Shown here piece after piece: positions 31,234 through 43,363 of a DNA stretch of 64,000 nt. The notes below the pieces were generated by a model, which was not told the origin of the DNA, made no database searches, and saw only the letters and a program-made list of their open reading frames with translations. This DNA comes from TPA_inf: Saccharomyces (Eukaryota). The stretch covers positions 448,001-512,000 of the forward strand of contig BK006944.2 of the NCBI GenBank assembly GCA_000146045.2, read 5' to 3'. Within the stretch, counting starts at the first letter, position 1. Each line of letters begins with the position of its first letter. A program made the position numbers and the translations under genes.

Positions 31234-33981
31234 ATGCTCCAATTCAATACAGAAAATGATACTGTAGCTCCAGTGTTTCCCATGGAGCAAGATATAAATG
31301 CAGCACCTGATGCCGTCCCACTGGTGCAGACAACAACACTACAAGTCTTTGTAAAGCTTGCCGAACCCATAGTGTTTTTAAAAGGATTTGAAACTAACGG
31401 ACTGTCTGAAATAGCCCCCAGTATCTTACGAGGATCTCTTATCGTCAGGGTGTTGAAACCGAATAAATTAAAAAGTATATCGATAACCTTCAAAGGAATA
31501 TCCAGAACAGAGTGGCCGGAAGGTATACCACCGAAGAGAGAAGAATTTTCAGATGTTGAAACTGTTGTCAATCACACATGGCCATTTTATCAGGCGGATG
31601 ACGGCATGAATTCTTTCACCTTAGAACATCACAGCTCAAATAATTCGTCCAATCGCCCATCTATGAGCGATGAAGATTATCTACTTGAAAAAAGCGGTGC
31701 TTCAGTATATATCCCACCAACCGCTGAACCCCCTAAAGATAATAGCAATCTAAGTCTGGATGCCTATGAGCGCAACTCATTGTCATCCGATAATTTGAGT
31801 AACAAGCCAGTATCAAGTGATGTTTCCCATGACGACAGTAAACTGTTGGCTATTCAAAAGACACCATTACCATCATCTAGTCGAAGAGGATCGGTACCGG
31901 CAAATTTTCACGGTAACTCTTTGTCACCTCATACCTTCATATCTGATTTGTTTACAAAAACATTCAGTAATAGTGGCGCTACTCCAAGTCCTGAGCAAGA
32001 GGATAACTATCTTACACCATCCAAAGATTCTAAAGAAGTTTTTATTTTTCGACCGGGCGATTATATTTACACTTTTGAACAGCCAATATCGCAATCTTAT
32101 CCAGAAAGTATAAAAGCCAATTTTGGTTCCGTGGAGTATAAACTGTCAATAGACATAGAGAGGTTTGGCGCATTCAAATCAACTATACATACTCAATTAC
32201 CCATCAAAGTCGTAAGGCTTCCTTCTGATGGATCCGTAGAAGAGACTGAAGCTATTGCAATTTCCAAGGACTGGAAAGATCTTCTTCATTATGACGTGGT
32301 AATTTTCTCGAAAGAGATCGTTTTGAATGCATTTTTACCCATCGATTTCCATTTCGCTCCTCTAGATAAAGTTACTCTGCATCGTATTAGAATTTATCTA
32401 ACAGAGTCTATGGAATACACTTGTAATAGTAATGGAAATCACGAGAAGGCTCGTAGATTAGAGCCAACTAAAAAGTTTCTGTTGGCTGAACATAACGGTC
32501 CTAAACTGCCTCATATACCAGCTGGTTCGAATCCTTTGAAGGCTAAAAATAGAGGGAACATCCTCTTGGATGAAAAATCCGGCGATCTAGTTAACAAAGA
32601 TTTTCAGTTCGAGGTGTTTGTCCCAAGCAAGTTTACAAACAGTATACGGTTACACCCTGATACAAATTATGATAAAATCAAAGCCCACCATTGGATAAAA
32701 ATTTGCCTTCGTCTTTCCAAGAAGTACGGGGACAATAGAAAACATTTCGAAATAAGTATTGATTCTCCAATCCATATTTTAAATCAACTATGCTCACACG
32801 CGAATACTTTGCTACCGAGCTACGAGAGTCATTTCCAGTATTGTGATGAAGATGGTAATTTCGCACCAGCAGCAGATCAACAAAATTACGCAAGTCATCA
32901 TGATTCCAATATTTTCTTCCCAAAAGAAGTTCTTTCGTCTCCCGTTCTTTCACCTAACGTGCAGAAGATGAACATTAGAATACCGTCTGATCTTCCAGTA
33001 GTGCGTAATAGAGCTGAAAGCGTAAAGAAAAGCAAGTCAGATAATACCTCCAAGAAGAATGATCAAAGTAGCAATGTCTTCGCATCCAAACAGCTGGTCG
33101 CAAACATTTATAAGCCCAATCAGATTCCAAGAGAATTAACTTCTCCTCAGGCGTTACCATTATCGCCCATCACCTCACCAATTCTCAATTACCAACCATT
33201 ATCAAACTCCCCGCCTCCAGATTTTGATTTTGATCTAGCTAAGCGCGGCGCAGCCGATTCTCATGCTATTCCTGTGGATCCTCCATCATATTTTGATGTA
33301 TTAAAGGCCGATGGGATTGAATTGCCATACTACGATACAAGTTCATCTAAAATTCCTGAACTAAAACTAAACAAATCTAGAGAGACATTGGCCAGCATTG
33401 AGGAGGACTCATTCAATGGTTGGTCTCAAATTGATGACTTATCCGACGAAGATGACAATGATGGCGATATAGCATCTGGTTTCAACTTCAAGCTGTCAAC
33501 CAGTGCTCCGAGTGAGAACGTTAATTCACACACTCCTATTTTGCAGTCTTTAAACATGAGTCTTGATGGGAGAAAAAAAAATCGTGCCAGTCTACACGCA
33601 ACATCAGTGTTACCTAGTACAATAAGACAGAACAATCAGCATTTCAATGACATAAACCAGATGCTAGGCAGTAGTGACGAAGATGCCTTTCCCAAAAGCC
33701 AATCATTAAATTTCAATAAGAAACTACCAATACTTAAAATTAATGATAACGTCATACAATCAAACAGCAATAGTAATAACAGAGTTGATAATCCAGAAGA
33801 TACAGTGGATTCTTCAGTCGATATTACAGCATTTTATGATCCAAGAATGTCATCAGATTCCAAATTTGATTGGGAGGTAAGCAAGAACCATGTTGACCCA
33901 GCAGCCTACTCGGTTAACGTTGCTAGTGAAAACCGTGTACTGGACGACTTTAAGAAAGCATTTCGCGAAAAGAGAAAATAA
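31234..33981 (+). CDS. ALY1: Alpha-arrestin family Rsp5 adaptor, 915 aa. An in-frame ATG lies 6 codons further upstream at 31216.
   Basis: 921-aa ORF. Arrestin-like N-terminal region. PPxY motif (VDPPSYFD). Confidence 0.8.
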
Positions 33982-34170
33982 GTACATTATTTTCATTCTC
34001 CGACAGAATTGCTACCATTTTACTTTGTGTCCTGTGATTCAATAGTGTACAATATATTGGACATTTTATAGTATACAAATATACACCATCAATCTATACA
34101 TCCATATCACTTGTCGTAAAGATATCCCTTTTTAATAGTACAGCGATTAAAAAAATAACATGATTAACGT

Positions 34171-35139
34171 TCAGTTACCAATGAGCTTATTTATTAGGCT
34201 TGCTTTAGATTTTTCCAAGTCAATTTTTGTTTTTTCTAACGCTTGCAACCTCATCTCAACCTTCTTCCTTTGCAAGCAGATCTTCGAAACCATCTCGTTT
34301 ATTCTCTCAATGCTGTTCCCACTTTCATCATCGTCTGGGAAAAGTACCGGTAAGGGCGTGATGATTTTCTCATTCGATTTGTTTATATTTCCTTTGCTTA
34401 AAAGCTGGGTTTCCCATTCTTCATTAGTTCTGTAGGGCACTTCATTTATGGCCTTCTCTATAATCTTTCTTTTAGAATCCTTTTGAATAGCAATTTGATT
34501 ATCCGTGAGGGCTAGCATTTCGTCTTGAAAGCCTTGCATTTCATCGTCACTGAAGTTCGTAATCTCCTTTTCATTGTTACGTTTCAGACCACCATTTAAT
34601 CTTATTGTCTCCATAATTTCGCGTTTATCCTCACTGTCCAACAATTTTACATAATCTCTTTCTGTTGTAACATCACTCTCACTAATTTTCCTTCTAGATA
34701 ATGACTTCTGTGCTTTCAGTTTTGCAATTTCTCCTCGGGTTGGTATACTACTAATGTGCTCACCTTCGGAGCTACTGCCAGCCTCTGAAGAATCACTTAA
34801 TAGATGATGATTCCCCTCCATCAAGTCCTCCATATTGAGAATTAGCAAATCATCTTTGTTTCGCGTCGATGCATTGGTATTTTTCTTTGAATGGTAAAGA
34901 TCTTCATAATGCGAATTATCCTCCTTTATTGCTTGTTCGCCATCAAAGGTAATGTCGCGCTTAGGAACTTTTTTAAACTTTATTGGTTGTAATACACAAA
35001 TGTCGTTGTCATCATCTTCAGAATCGTTCGACACTAGGGGCTTAATTTGCTGCATTGGCTTATGCGCAGAACCATCAATTCCAACCTCCTCAGGAGAACC
35101 ACTTGGTAACCTAATTTTATTTCTTTTCTTGATCGCCAT
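34171..35139 (-). CDS. NTR2: NTR (spliceosome disassembly) complex component, 322 aa
   Basis: 322-aa ORF of the expected position and length. Confidence 0.85.
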   Translation of the reverse strand: MAIKKRNKIRLPSGSPEEVGIDGSAHKPMQQIKPLVSNDSEDDDNDICVLQPIKFKKVPKRDITFDGEQAIKEDNSHYEDLYHSKKNTNASTRNKDDLLILNMEDLMEGNHHLLSDSSEAGSSSEGEHISSIPTRGEIAKLKAQKSLSRRKISESDVTTERDYVKLLDSEDKREIMETIRLNGGLKRNNEKEITNFSDDEMQGFQDEMLALTDNQIAIQKDSKRKIIEKAINEVPYRTNEEWETQLLSKGNINKSNEKIITPLPVLFPDDDESGNSIERINEMVSKICLQRKKVEMRLQALEKTKIDLEKSKASLINKLIGN

Positions 35140-35418
35140 AATGTGTTCAAATGCTATAACATTGCTAGGCAGAACTTGACGTAACTCGACCAGTTATATT
35201 GCTTCTTCAAAGCACAAATTTATGATGATTGCTTTCAGTTATGAGGTTCATTTCGATATTCTTTATGATCTTCGCTTGCCGGGTATCGGACAAATATTGA
35301 AATATTATACAGCAAGAAAGAGGCATAAAGAGCCTGGCAGCAGCAAATAATGGCAAAGTGAACGTAGTCCGAGAAACAGTGGCTTAATTATTTAACCTTG
35401 GGTTTGCAGTAATTAATA

Positions 35419-37011
35419 ATGACAAGAAAGCAGGCTATTGACTATGCAATCAAACAAGTTCCGCAAATATTGCCTTTGGAAGAGTCTGATGTAAAAGCGC
35501 TGTGCGAACAAGTACTGAGTACATCATCTGATGATCCAGAACAAATTGCTTCAAAATTTTTGGAGTTCCTAGGTCATGAAGATCTATCGTTTGAATTTGT
35601 AATGAAGTTCAATGAATTATTGAATCAGAATGATAAAAAAGAGGAAAAAAAAACGAAAAATGTGCATCTTGAACATACTGCCCCCACTTCATGGAAAAAT
35701 GAATCAAAACAGCCCACTAATAACTATATCAATAAGAAGGGAGATGAAAAACCAAAAAAATTAAAGGATGAGAAGAAAAGCTCGACAACGAGGCCTACCG
35801 TTCAACCATCAAATCAATCTACGCAATCAAACCCCATAAAGGAGAAAAAAGAGCACAGATCAAAGGGGAAATTACAATCGTTACAAGAAATAGACGAAGC
35901 AATCAAGATGCTAGAGCTTCGAGATAGCGGTTCTTCTAAAAATTGTAATTGTCAAGGTACAAGGCATCCAGTTTTCGACATCGCGCCAAACTGTCTTCAC
36001 TGTGGTAAAGTGGTTTGTGTTATAGAGGGATTGAATAAAGGTAAATGCGGTCATTGCCATGAACAGTTGATTTCTGATAACGAAAGAACCCAAATGGTAG
36101 AAATTTTAAATCAGGAAAAAAACGAACTAAACGGTTCATCATCGTCCTTATCCAATGCGTCAAATGGAGCTAATGTCCCAAAGAAGAAGACTAAAACCTA
36201 CAAAATAACTTCCGGTATGGGTAAAAATTTATTTGCTGAACAGGACAAATTATTTGATTTCATCGAAAGGAAAAGAGAAAGAGAAAGAAAGCGTAATGAA
36301 GTGTTGAAATTGCAGGAGGAAAAAGAAGAGAGCGAAGCAAAGGAAAGACAAGCGAGCGAGCATGACCATAAAGCTGAGGAAAACCCGGAGTTGTTAGCAG
36401 CACAAGAACGATTAGATAGACTTTTATATTTCCAAGACACTTCGGCAGAAAGAACAAAAATTATTGATAATGCCAGCGATTTTGACATGAATCAGGAGGT
36501 GGGTTTATGGGGCAGCGCAAGAGAAAGAGCTCTTGCGTTGAAGAAGCAACAACGTAATTTGAGAAAGTGGGAAAAAGTAGAAAAGGAACGGAATGGCAGG
36601 CGCGAGAAGTACGTTGTTAGCATGAATATAGGTTCAAACGGTAAAGTTACTATGACAGAAGTCCCTAAGGATACAGAGAACGTAATTGCAGGTTCAGATG
36701 ATGACATCAGTGATATAAGTGACGAAGAAGATATCAGCGACCTTAAACATATACACGCTCTGAAAAGTGAAATAAATACAACGAAATCCTTGGAGAATTT
36801 GCATTTACAGTCCAAAGCATGGGATTACGAACGTGATAAAAAACAATTCGATAGGCCTACGTATGTGAAAAAAAATTCAGATACTGCACAACAGAATAGA
36901 AAAACGGAAGAAAAGGCTCACGACATGCAAGCTTATGATTTAAAGTCAAGAGTACAAGTGGACCAAAATGCAGACGCATCAGTAGAACAGAATATTCTTG
37001 CTGTACTTTGA
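35419..37011 (+). CDS. RQT4: YKR023W (RQT4), 530 aa, with zf-C2HC5-type zinc finger
   Basis: 530-aa ORF. Cys/His cluster [25 protein letters not shown]...CGHCHEQL. Lys/Glu-rich. Confidence 0.8.
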
Positions 37012-37143
37012 TGAATGGTAAAAGTTTATATTATATATGATAGAGGATATAACCGTTATTCATTTTCTGTAGATTTTATCATTTTCTTTGTCTTCATAGT
37101 ATACAATTTTTTTTTATATGAATTAATGCTTGTTCTTGTCTAT

Positions 37144-39372
37144 TTAGTAGTTAAACTCACTTGCTATTTGCTTCTCTGCCATACGAGCCATACGAAACAT
37201 TTTATTTTTAGAGTTTTCCTTAGTTGGCTTCTTTTCACTATTACCATCCTTACTACTTTGCAATCCCATAGCCTTTGGCCTTTCACGTAACCCAAAACTT
37301 TTAGCTAAATGGCCTAGATGTAAGAACTTCACGTTGAAAAACTTCTTTTCTTGAGAGATATGCGTTGCGTAAGCCCTCACATGACTAATGAAACCTTTAA
37401 CGGCCAAATTTTTGAATGCGGAATCTCCCACTACTCGTCTTTCTATATTCAAATGCCATGTCGTAGCATTGGTATCCCACTCATATTCTTTATCGCCCAC
37501 GTCTTTATTTTTGGACGATTTCTCATCTTTTCTAATGAATTTATCATTTCTGTTGACATTCACATCTTTGAAAGCCGGCATTAGTATTTCTTTATCGAAT
37601 TTCAGTAATTCCCAACCCATCGGATGATACGGCTGGATATAGTCCATATATTTTTCTTCTTCGCCAGGAAGTAAAAATAACAAACTTTCACCCTTCTCAC
37701 CGGCCCTTGCTGTACGACCAACTCTATGTAAATGGTCTTCAACAGCAAATGGTGGATCCAACTCAATAACAGATCCAACGTGGGGAAGGTCTAGGCCTCT
37801 ACTTGCGACATCTGTACAGAACATAATAAGATGTTTTCCCTTGGTGGCTTCATTATCACGAGCAAAATGCTGCAATGTAGAGGTTCTCATTTGTTGGGAT
37901 AAAGAACCGTGCAATTTATAAATCACTACATCTGGGTCCCTAGAATCTGAAAAACAAGGAAACATAGTGTTTCCTTTTGTCAATAGTCTTACAGAATCAC
38001 CCGTTAGATTTTTATGGTGCCCGTCACTTCCTGAAAATGCGTCATAATGAAACTCCACGCTGTCTGAACATGATACGAATACGATTGTACGCAGCGTTTT
38101 GGACTGTTGACCGGAAGCGATGAAATCTTTGGTAATGTTGTTCAAAGTAGCAGCTAATGTTACAAGACGCAACTTTGGTGGGACAATAGTAATCCTCTGC
38201 AATAGTTGATCGGGCGCAACCGTTACTATATCAGAATCTTTCTTGGTACCGTTGCTAATCAATTTGTAATCTTTCAACGCCACGTTTCTTAACCTATTAA
38301 CACCATCAGTAAGTGTAGCACTACATAACATGTGCACTAACTTATGCGGTAGCTTGGGAAATTTTTCGGAGTTGATGGGAATATCGTGAACAATTTTAAT
38401 AATTTCACTGATCGTCTCATCAAAACCCAATTCCATTAACTTATCTCCTTCATCCAATACGATATACCTTAGAGATTGACTCAATTGCTCCTTGATAACT
38501 TTTGTATTTTGTAAATGATCCAAAACACGACCTGGTGTACCGATTATGAAATTGCAACCCTTACGCAATCTAGCTTTTTCTGATTTCTTACGTTCTCCAC
38601 CAATCAATAAACATGGGACCAAGTAGTGACAACATGACACAAGCGTGGAACAAACATGATATATTTGTGATGCTAGTTCTCGTGTAGGAGCAATAACCAA
38701 TGCAAATGCACCAGAAGTACGATCAACATGAGTATCCATGTTCAAAATAGTAGATATTATAGGTAAAAGATACGATAAAGTCTTACCTGAGCCTGTTTGG
38801 GCGTGAATGAAAAAATCGTTCTTCCCCGCGTTACCTATTATTTGAGGTATGGCCTGCTTCTGGATGCTCGTAGGCTTTTTAATACGCATTTTTTGCTCCA
38901 GATGAGAAACAAGAAGACTAGAGACACCTAAAGACGCAAACTGATCACCTTTCAAGGGCGCGTTAGACGGATTGATGGCAACGTTTTCATCATGAATATT
39001 AGTGTTTACCGCAGTTGTAATCTCTCTGTTAGATGTAAACAGGGATGAAACAAACTGAGAATCGGCTGGTAGAGTTCTCCCTTGAGTGTTATGAGCATTT
39101 CTACCCTTATATTTTTCCTGCTCTTCAGAACTATAGGAACTCTCCTTATGCAATTTTTTAATAGAATTCTCGCCTCTACCCGGAATTATCCCTTCGTCCC
39201 CTGTAGTGTTCGCCTTTCTTTTCCTCGAGACTGTCTTGCCCTCAAGCTTCATTTTCATTCTTCTTCTATCCTTCCATCTACCGCCTGTCACCTTGGCAGC
39301 TTGCTTATAGGAACTTCCTGCAGTGTCCTCATTGGTAGTGAAGTTTAACAGCATAGAATCTTCATCGCTCAT
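37144..39372 (-). CDS. DBP7: Nucleolar DEAD-box RNA helicase for 60S ribosome biogenesis, 742 aa. The ORF is open 18 codons further upstream to 39426.
   Basis: Helicase motifs present: Q motif, AQTGSGKT (motif I), LDEGD (motif II, a DEGD variant), SAT, HRVGRTAR. Confidence 0.85.
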   Translation of the reverse strand: MSDEDSMLLNFTTNEDTAGSSYKQAAKVTGGRWKDRRRMKMKLEGKTVSRKRKANTTGDEGIIPGRGENSIKKLHKESSYSSEEQEKYKGRNAHNTQGRTLPADSQFVSSLFTSNREITTAVNTNIHDENVAINPSNAPLKGDQFASLGVSSLLVSHLEQKMRIKKPTSIQKQAIPQIIGNAGKNDFFIHAQTGSGKTLSYLLPIISTILNMDTHVDRTSGAFALVIAPTRELASQIYHVCSTLVSCCHYLVPCLLIGGERKKSEKARLRKGCNFIIGTPGRVLDHLQNTKVIKEQLSQSLRYIVLDEGDKLMELGFDETISEIIKIVHDIPINSEKFPKLPHKLVHMLCSATLTDGVNRLRNVALKDYKLISNGTKKDSDIVTVAPDQLLQRITIVPPKLRLVTLAATLNNITKDFIASGQQSKTLRTIVFVSCSDSVEFHYDAFSGSDGHHKNLTGDSVRLLTKGNTMFPCFSDSRDPDVVIYKLHGSLSQQMRTSTLQHFARDNEATKGKHLIMFCTDVASRGLDLPHVGSVIELDPPFAVEDHLHRVGRTARAGEKGESLLFLLPGEEEKYMDYIQPYHPMGWELLKFDKEILMPAFKDVNVNRNDKFIRKDEKSSKNKDVGDKEYEWDTNATTWHLNIERRVVGDSAFKNLAVKGFISHVRAYATHISQEKKFFNVKFLHLGHLAKSFGLRERPKAMGLQSSKDGNSEKKPTKENSKNKMFRMARMAEKQIASEFNY

Positions 39373-39769
39373 CTTGGTGTTAAATTGCTGAATAAGTATG
39401 CTTATTTGGAATATGAATAATCCCAAAGGAAAAAGAATATAAACAATCGTACTTTCTTAAATTAGAAATATCACATACAAGTACTCAATCTTTTATTTTC
39501 CTAAGCTCATCGCAAATTTTTCAAGTAAAATGGAAACCTAATATGTCAGGGTTTTTAATCCATATTGTTAGGGCAACATTCAATTTTAAACTGAAATTTT
39601 ATAAAAACTCTGTTCATTTTTCAGGCCTTAGGGTTAGTATTCTGACAAAATTATTCAAGAAAAAAAGAAATGTTACAATGAATGCAAAAGATGGATAAAA
39701 GCGAGAGATGAGCTTAAATGATCTGGCTCAAGCAGTGCAAGGTGAAAGTGGAATAGGCTAGTGTTATAG

Positions 39770-40618
39770 ATGAGTATTGACAACAAGTTGTTTGTTACTG
39801 AAGAGGATGAGGAAGACAGGACGCAGGACCGTGCTGATGTTGAGGATGAATCTAACGACATTGATATGATAGCGGATGAGAACGGAACAAACAGCGCTAT
39901 AGCTAATGAGCAAGAGGAAAAATCCGAAGAAGTAAAAGCTGAAGATGATACTGGTGAAGAAGAAGAGGATGACCCAGTGATCGAAGAGTTTCCATTGAAG
40001 ATCTCCGGAGAAGAGGAGTCACTGCACGTGTTTCAGTATGCTAATAGACCAAGGCTAGTAGGACGCAAACCTGCTGAGCATCCGTTTATCTCTGCAGCAA
40101 GATATAAACCCAAGTCGCACCTATGGGAAATAGATATTCCTTTGGATGAGCAGGCCTTCTATAACAAGGATAAGGCTGAGAGCGAATGGAATGGGGTTAA
40201 TGTCCAAACATTAAAAGGCGTGGGTGTGGAAAACAATGGCCAATATGCAGCATTTGTCAAAGATATGCAGGTTTATTTGGTACCTATTGAGAGGGTAGCA
40301 CAATTGAAGCCATTTTTCAAATATATCGACGACGCAAATGTAACAAGAAAGCAAGAGGACGCCAGAAGGAACCCTAATCCTTCATCACAACGCGCTCAAG
40401 TGGTTACCATGTCTGTAAAGAGCGTCAACGACCCTTCGCAAAACAGACTCACTGGCTCCCTGCTGGCACATAAAGTCGCCGATGAAGAGGCTAATATTGA
40501 ATTGACCTGGGCAGAAGGCACGTTTGAACAGTTCAAAGATACTATCGTGAAAGAAGCTGAAGATAAAACTTTAGTAGCCTTAGAGAAACAAGAAGACTAT
40601 ATAGATAATCTAGTTTGA
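39770..40618 (+). CDS. RPC37: RNA polymerase III subunit C37, 282 aa
   Basis: 282-aa ORF with an acidic N-terminus, at the expected position. Confidence 0.85.
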   Translation: MSIDNKLFVTEEDEEDRTQDRADVEDESNDIDMIADENGTNSAIANEQEEKSEEVKAEDDTGEEEEDDPVIEEFPLKISGEEESLHVFQYANRPRLVGRKPAEHPFISAARYKPKSHLWEIDIPLDEQAFYNKDKAESEWNGVNVQTLKGVGVENNGQYAAFVKDMQVYLVPIERVAQLKPFFKYIDDANVTRKQEDARRNPNPSSQRAQVVTMSVKSVNDPSQNRLTGSLLAHKVADEEANIELTWAEGTFEQFKDTIVKEAEDKTLVALEKQEDYIDNLV

Positions 40619-40737
40619 AGTACATAATGCATCATGAAGAAAGAACAGCATCAGACATCAGTTTCACATAAAGGATGCTCTTGCGCTTTTTCTCCTTTTC
40701 TATTAAGTCATTGCGTGCATATATTATGTGATTTTTT

Positions 40738-41655
40738 TTAATCATACCACATCTTGATTAACTCTTCTGAAACGGCACTTGGAGTGAGGACCCCTAAATC
40801 TGTAATCAATGCAGTAATGTATTCTTGGGCGGTATAGTCGATCGTGGGCCCACGCAATGCATCTTCTAGATCGTCCGTACGACGTGTGAAATCCAAAGGA
40901 GGGCCGGCCATAGGTAGATCATCTGAAGACAATGGAAACATACGAACAAATTTGTGACTTTCAGTGACCACATAGAATGGTTTTCTTGCATTATGTGCTA
41001 AAACACCCACTGAATAGGTACCCACGAGATTTATAATACCACCTGATTCAGCAACACCCTCAGCACCAACGAACACTTTGTCAACCTTATCGATTACCGC
41101 TCCAACCGCGCTATCGACAATAAGAGTCACGGGTATGCCCTTTTGTTCAAGTAAAGTATATAGCTGGTTCCCTTGTTTGCTAGGTCTTGATTCTGTCACC
41201 ACACATCTGAACCTAATAAACTTATTTGCTGCATGATTTAATAAAGAAAATACTGCTCTCGAATAACCATGTACCAAGATGATATCATCATCAGCTATGA
41301 AATCCACCCCTATTTCTGCAATCTTGTTACGCGATTTTTTGGCTCTCGATACAAAAAGCTGGCCATTTTCAATCAAATGTTGTTTACAGTTTTCCCAATC
41401 ACCGTATAAATGAAGATTTCTTAAGACAAATCTCATGAAAATATCACAACCGGCTCTCAGGGAAACTGAGTTCGGAATGGATTTAATAAGTTCTTCCGTG
41501 GAGCTTTTTATTGTATTAATCATTTCTGCCGCTGTTTCTGGTGTTTTTATTCTTAATAGCGTGACCAATGCTTCAATGGCAGCAATCGGCATTGTCATCT
41601 CAGTATCTTCTTCTAAAAACCTTAGATAAGTTTCTGTAATATTAAACTCCGACAT
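40738..41655 (-). CDS. GCN3: eIF2B alpha subunit, 305 aa
   Basis: 305-aa ORF. eIF2B alpha/beta/delta family fold (Rossmann-like, ...VFVGAEGV...). Confidence 0.88.
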   Translation of the reverse strand: MSEFNITETYLRFLEEDTEMTMPIAAIEALVTLLRIKTPETAAEMINTIKSSTEELIKSIPNSVSLRAGCDIFMRFVLRNLHLYGDWENCKQHLIENGQLFVSRAKKSRNKIAEIGVDFIADDDIILVHGYSRAVFSLLNHAANKFIRFRCVVTESRPSKQGNQLYTLLEQKGIPVTLIVDSAVGAVIDKVDKVFVGAEGVAESGGIINLVGTYSVGVLAHNARKPFYVVTESHKFVRMFPLSSDDLPMAGPPLDFTRRTDDLEDALRGPTIDYTAQEYITALITDLGVLTPSAVSEELIKMWYD

Positions 41656-41837
41656 CCTTCCTCTCGATTTCTGGTATACGTAGGACTTTTAAAATTCTTT
41701 CTATCAATTACTATGAAGAAATCTATGATTAATGATGGCTTTGTCACTATTTGAGCAGTATGATTCTCATTTTACACCATAAACTTCACCAATTTTTTCA
41801 TTTTTTTTTCATTTTTCTTCCGGATGAAATTTATCTA

Positions 41838-41850
41838 TTGTAAAAAAAAA
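41838..41850. repeat. poly(dA)13 tract in the GCN3 promoter
   Basis: 13 consecutive A, read directly. Confidence 0.9.
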
Positions 41851-42183
41851 AAAACATTATGCTATGTAGAAAGCTTTAAATATGGCGACAATGTTGCTGT
41901 GTTGTATCAAATTCCCTGGATAGAGTCGTGCACTCTTAATGTGGCGAAAATGATGGCATTGCCTCCTTATTCTTTCTCATAAAAGGTATTACTAATCGTT
42001 ATCTATTACCAACATAAGATATAGCTAGCAATTCTTGTAAGCACAATTACATATGTTTAGTTTTATTTTGAAAAGCAATACAAGCGCAAATTGTTTGGTC
42101 TGTTTTGGAGAGATCACCATGTAGCTGGCACTGCTGCAGATTGTCATGTAGTAAACATACTAGTAAAATATTCTTAAAATAAT

Positions 42184-42412
42184 TTGATCAGATCAGTTTT
42201 GTTCTTCTATCTCCTATGTCATAACATACCGCTCATTTTTACTATCGTTATGTTTTTCATTCAGAAATTTTATTTTTCTTTAGGTCTTGAGTATCGACTT
42301 CCACAACATTGGATGACTGTACCTCACGATTTGTGTATTCTATTTATGCAGTATGTAATAACATATTAGTGTCACGACCGCTAGCCAATATACGATAGTG
42401 GATCTTTATTCC
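42184..42412 (-). mobile_element. Degenerate Ty LTR fragment, minus orientation
   Basis: The 3' portion ...atattagtgtcacgaccgctagccaatatacgatagtggatctttattccaaaa resembles the reverse complement of the delta 5' end (ctattagttgatagacgatagtggatttttattccaaca). The upstream part is only weakly similar. Confidence 0.4.
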
Positions 42413-42453
42413 AAAAAATACTTATCTAACATGTTTAACAACAGATCAGATAC

Positions 42454-42826
42454 TAAAACTTTTTGTCTGAATAAGAATTAACTACCATCTATGCACTAGC
42501 ACACAAATTAGCAGTATGTTCTCATACACAGTGTAAGAAGATGACATTAAGAATGAGAAACGGTTATTAAATATAATAGAAGCTGAAATGCAAGCATTGA
42601 TAACGTAACAAGATAAAGAATAAGCATATAAAGTAAAAAAACGAGACAATAACATTACTATTCATGAATACCGATTCCTTCTTCCGCATTTCTAATATCC
42701 TCGAAGAGAACTTTTAGTATATTGTGTATCATAGCCTTCAACAATAATGGAACACCAGTAATTATCATATTATTCAAACATTTCTCAATGATAGCTTTTA
42801 TTCACAATGGAACCCAACAATTATTT
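42454..42826 (+). mobile_element. Diverged delta-like (Ty1/Ty2/Ty4 group) solo LTR, plus orientation, about 140 bp upstream of tRNA-Arg
   Basis: The delta architecture is preserved. It starts tgtctgaataagaattaactaccatct.. (compare tgttggaatagaaatcaactatcatct). The middle block is ..gaagatgacattaagaatgagaaacgg..gaagctgaaatgcaagcattgataacgtaa... The end is ..ccaacaattatttcaaaattcacacatttcttac. Confidence 0.55.
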
Positions 42827-42966
42827 CAAAATTCACACATTTCTTACTTCTTAGAGCAGGATTAGTTGGGTCTGGTAATTTGAACTACTATATTAGGTAA
42901 AAAATCATGCAATAAATAGTGCTGATACTTAGGGTTCTCAATTTTTAATGTCTCTTAATAATTCTT

Positions 42967-43039
42967 GTTCCTCGTGGCCCAATGGTCACGGCGTCTGGCT
43001 ACGAACCAGAAGATTCCAGGTTCAAGTCCTGGCGGGGAA
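42967..43039 (+). tRNA. tR(ACG)K: tRNA-Arg (anticodon ACG), 73 nt, no intron
   Basis: TTCCTCGTGGCCCAATGGTCACGGCGTCTGGCTACGAACCAGAAGATTCCAGGTTCAAGTCCTGGCGGGGAAG. Anticodon loop CTACGAA. B box GGTTCAAGTCC. The acceptor stem pairs. Confidence 0.92.
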
Positions 43040-43041
43040 GA

Positions 43042-43048
43042 ATTTTTT
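43042..43048 (+). terminator. Pol III terminator T7 tract immediately after tRNA-Arg
   Basis: attttttta read directly. Confidence 0.75.
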
Positions 43049-43363
43049 TACTTTTATAATTTTCTTATTATCTTTTCAGTTATTGAGTAAAAATATTATA
43101 ATATTGGAAATGCTACGTTGCCAGTCCTGGTGCCGTACAATGCCGTATTATTTTAGCAATTCGTCATCAGGTTTCCGAGGCATTGTTACACCGTTTGGGA
43201 AAAATAAGATGTATGCACAATGGTGTATCTAAATTCAACATAAAAATAAAAAAAACAAAATGACAAACGGCAATAAAGAGACATTGTGTGCAAAGAAAGG
43301 GCATATATATCAAGTAGTATAAGTAGTAAAGTACAGTTAACAGATCAATTGGCCTCGAGGAAT

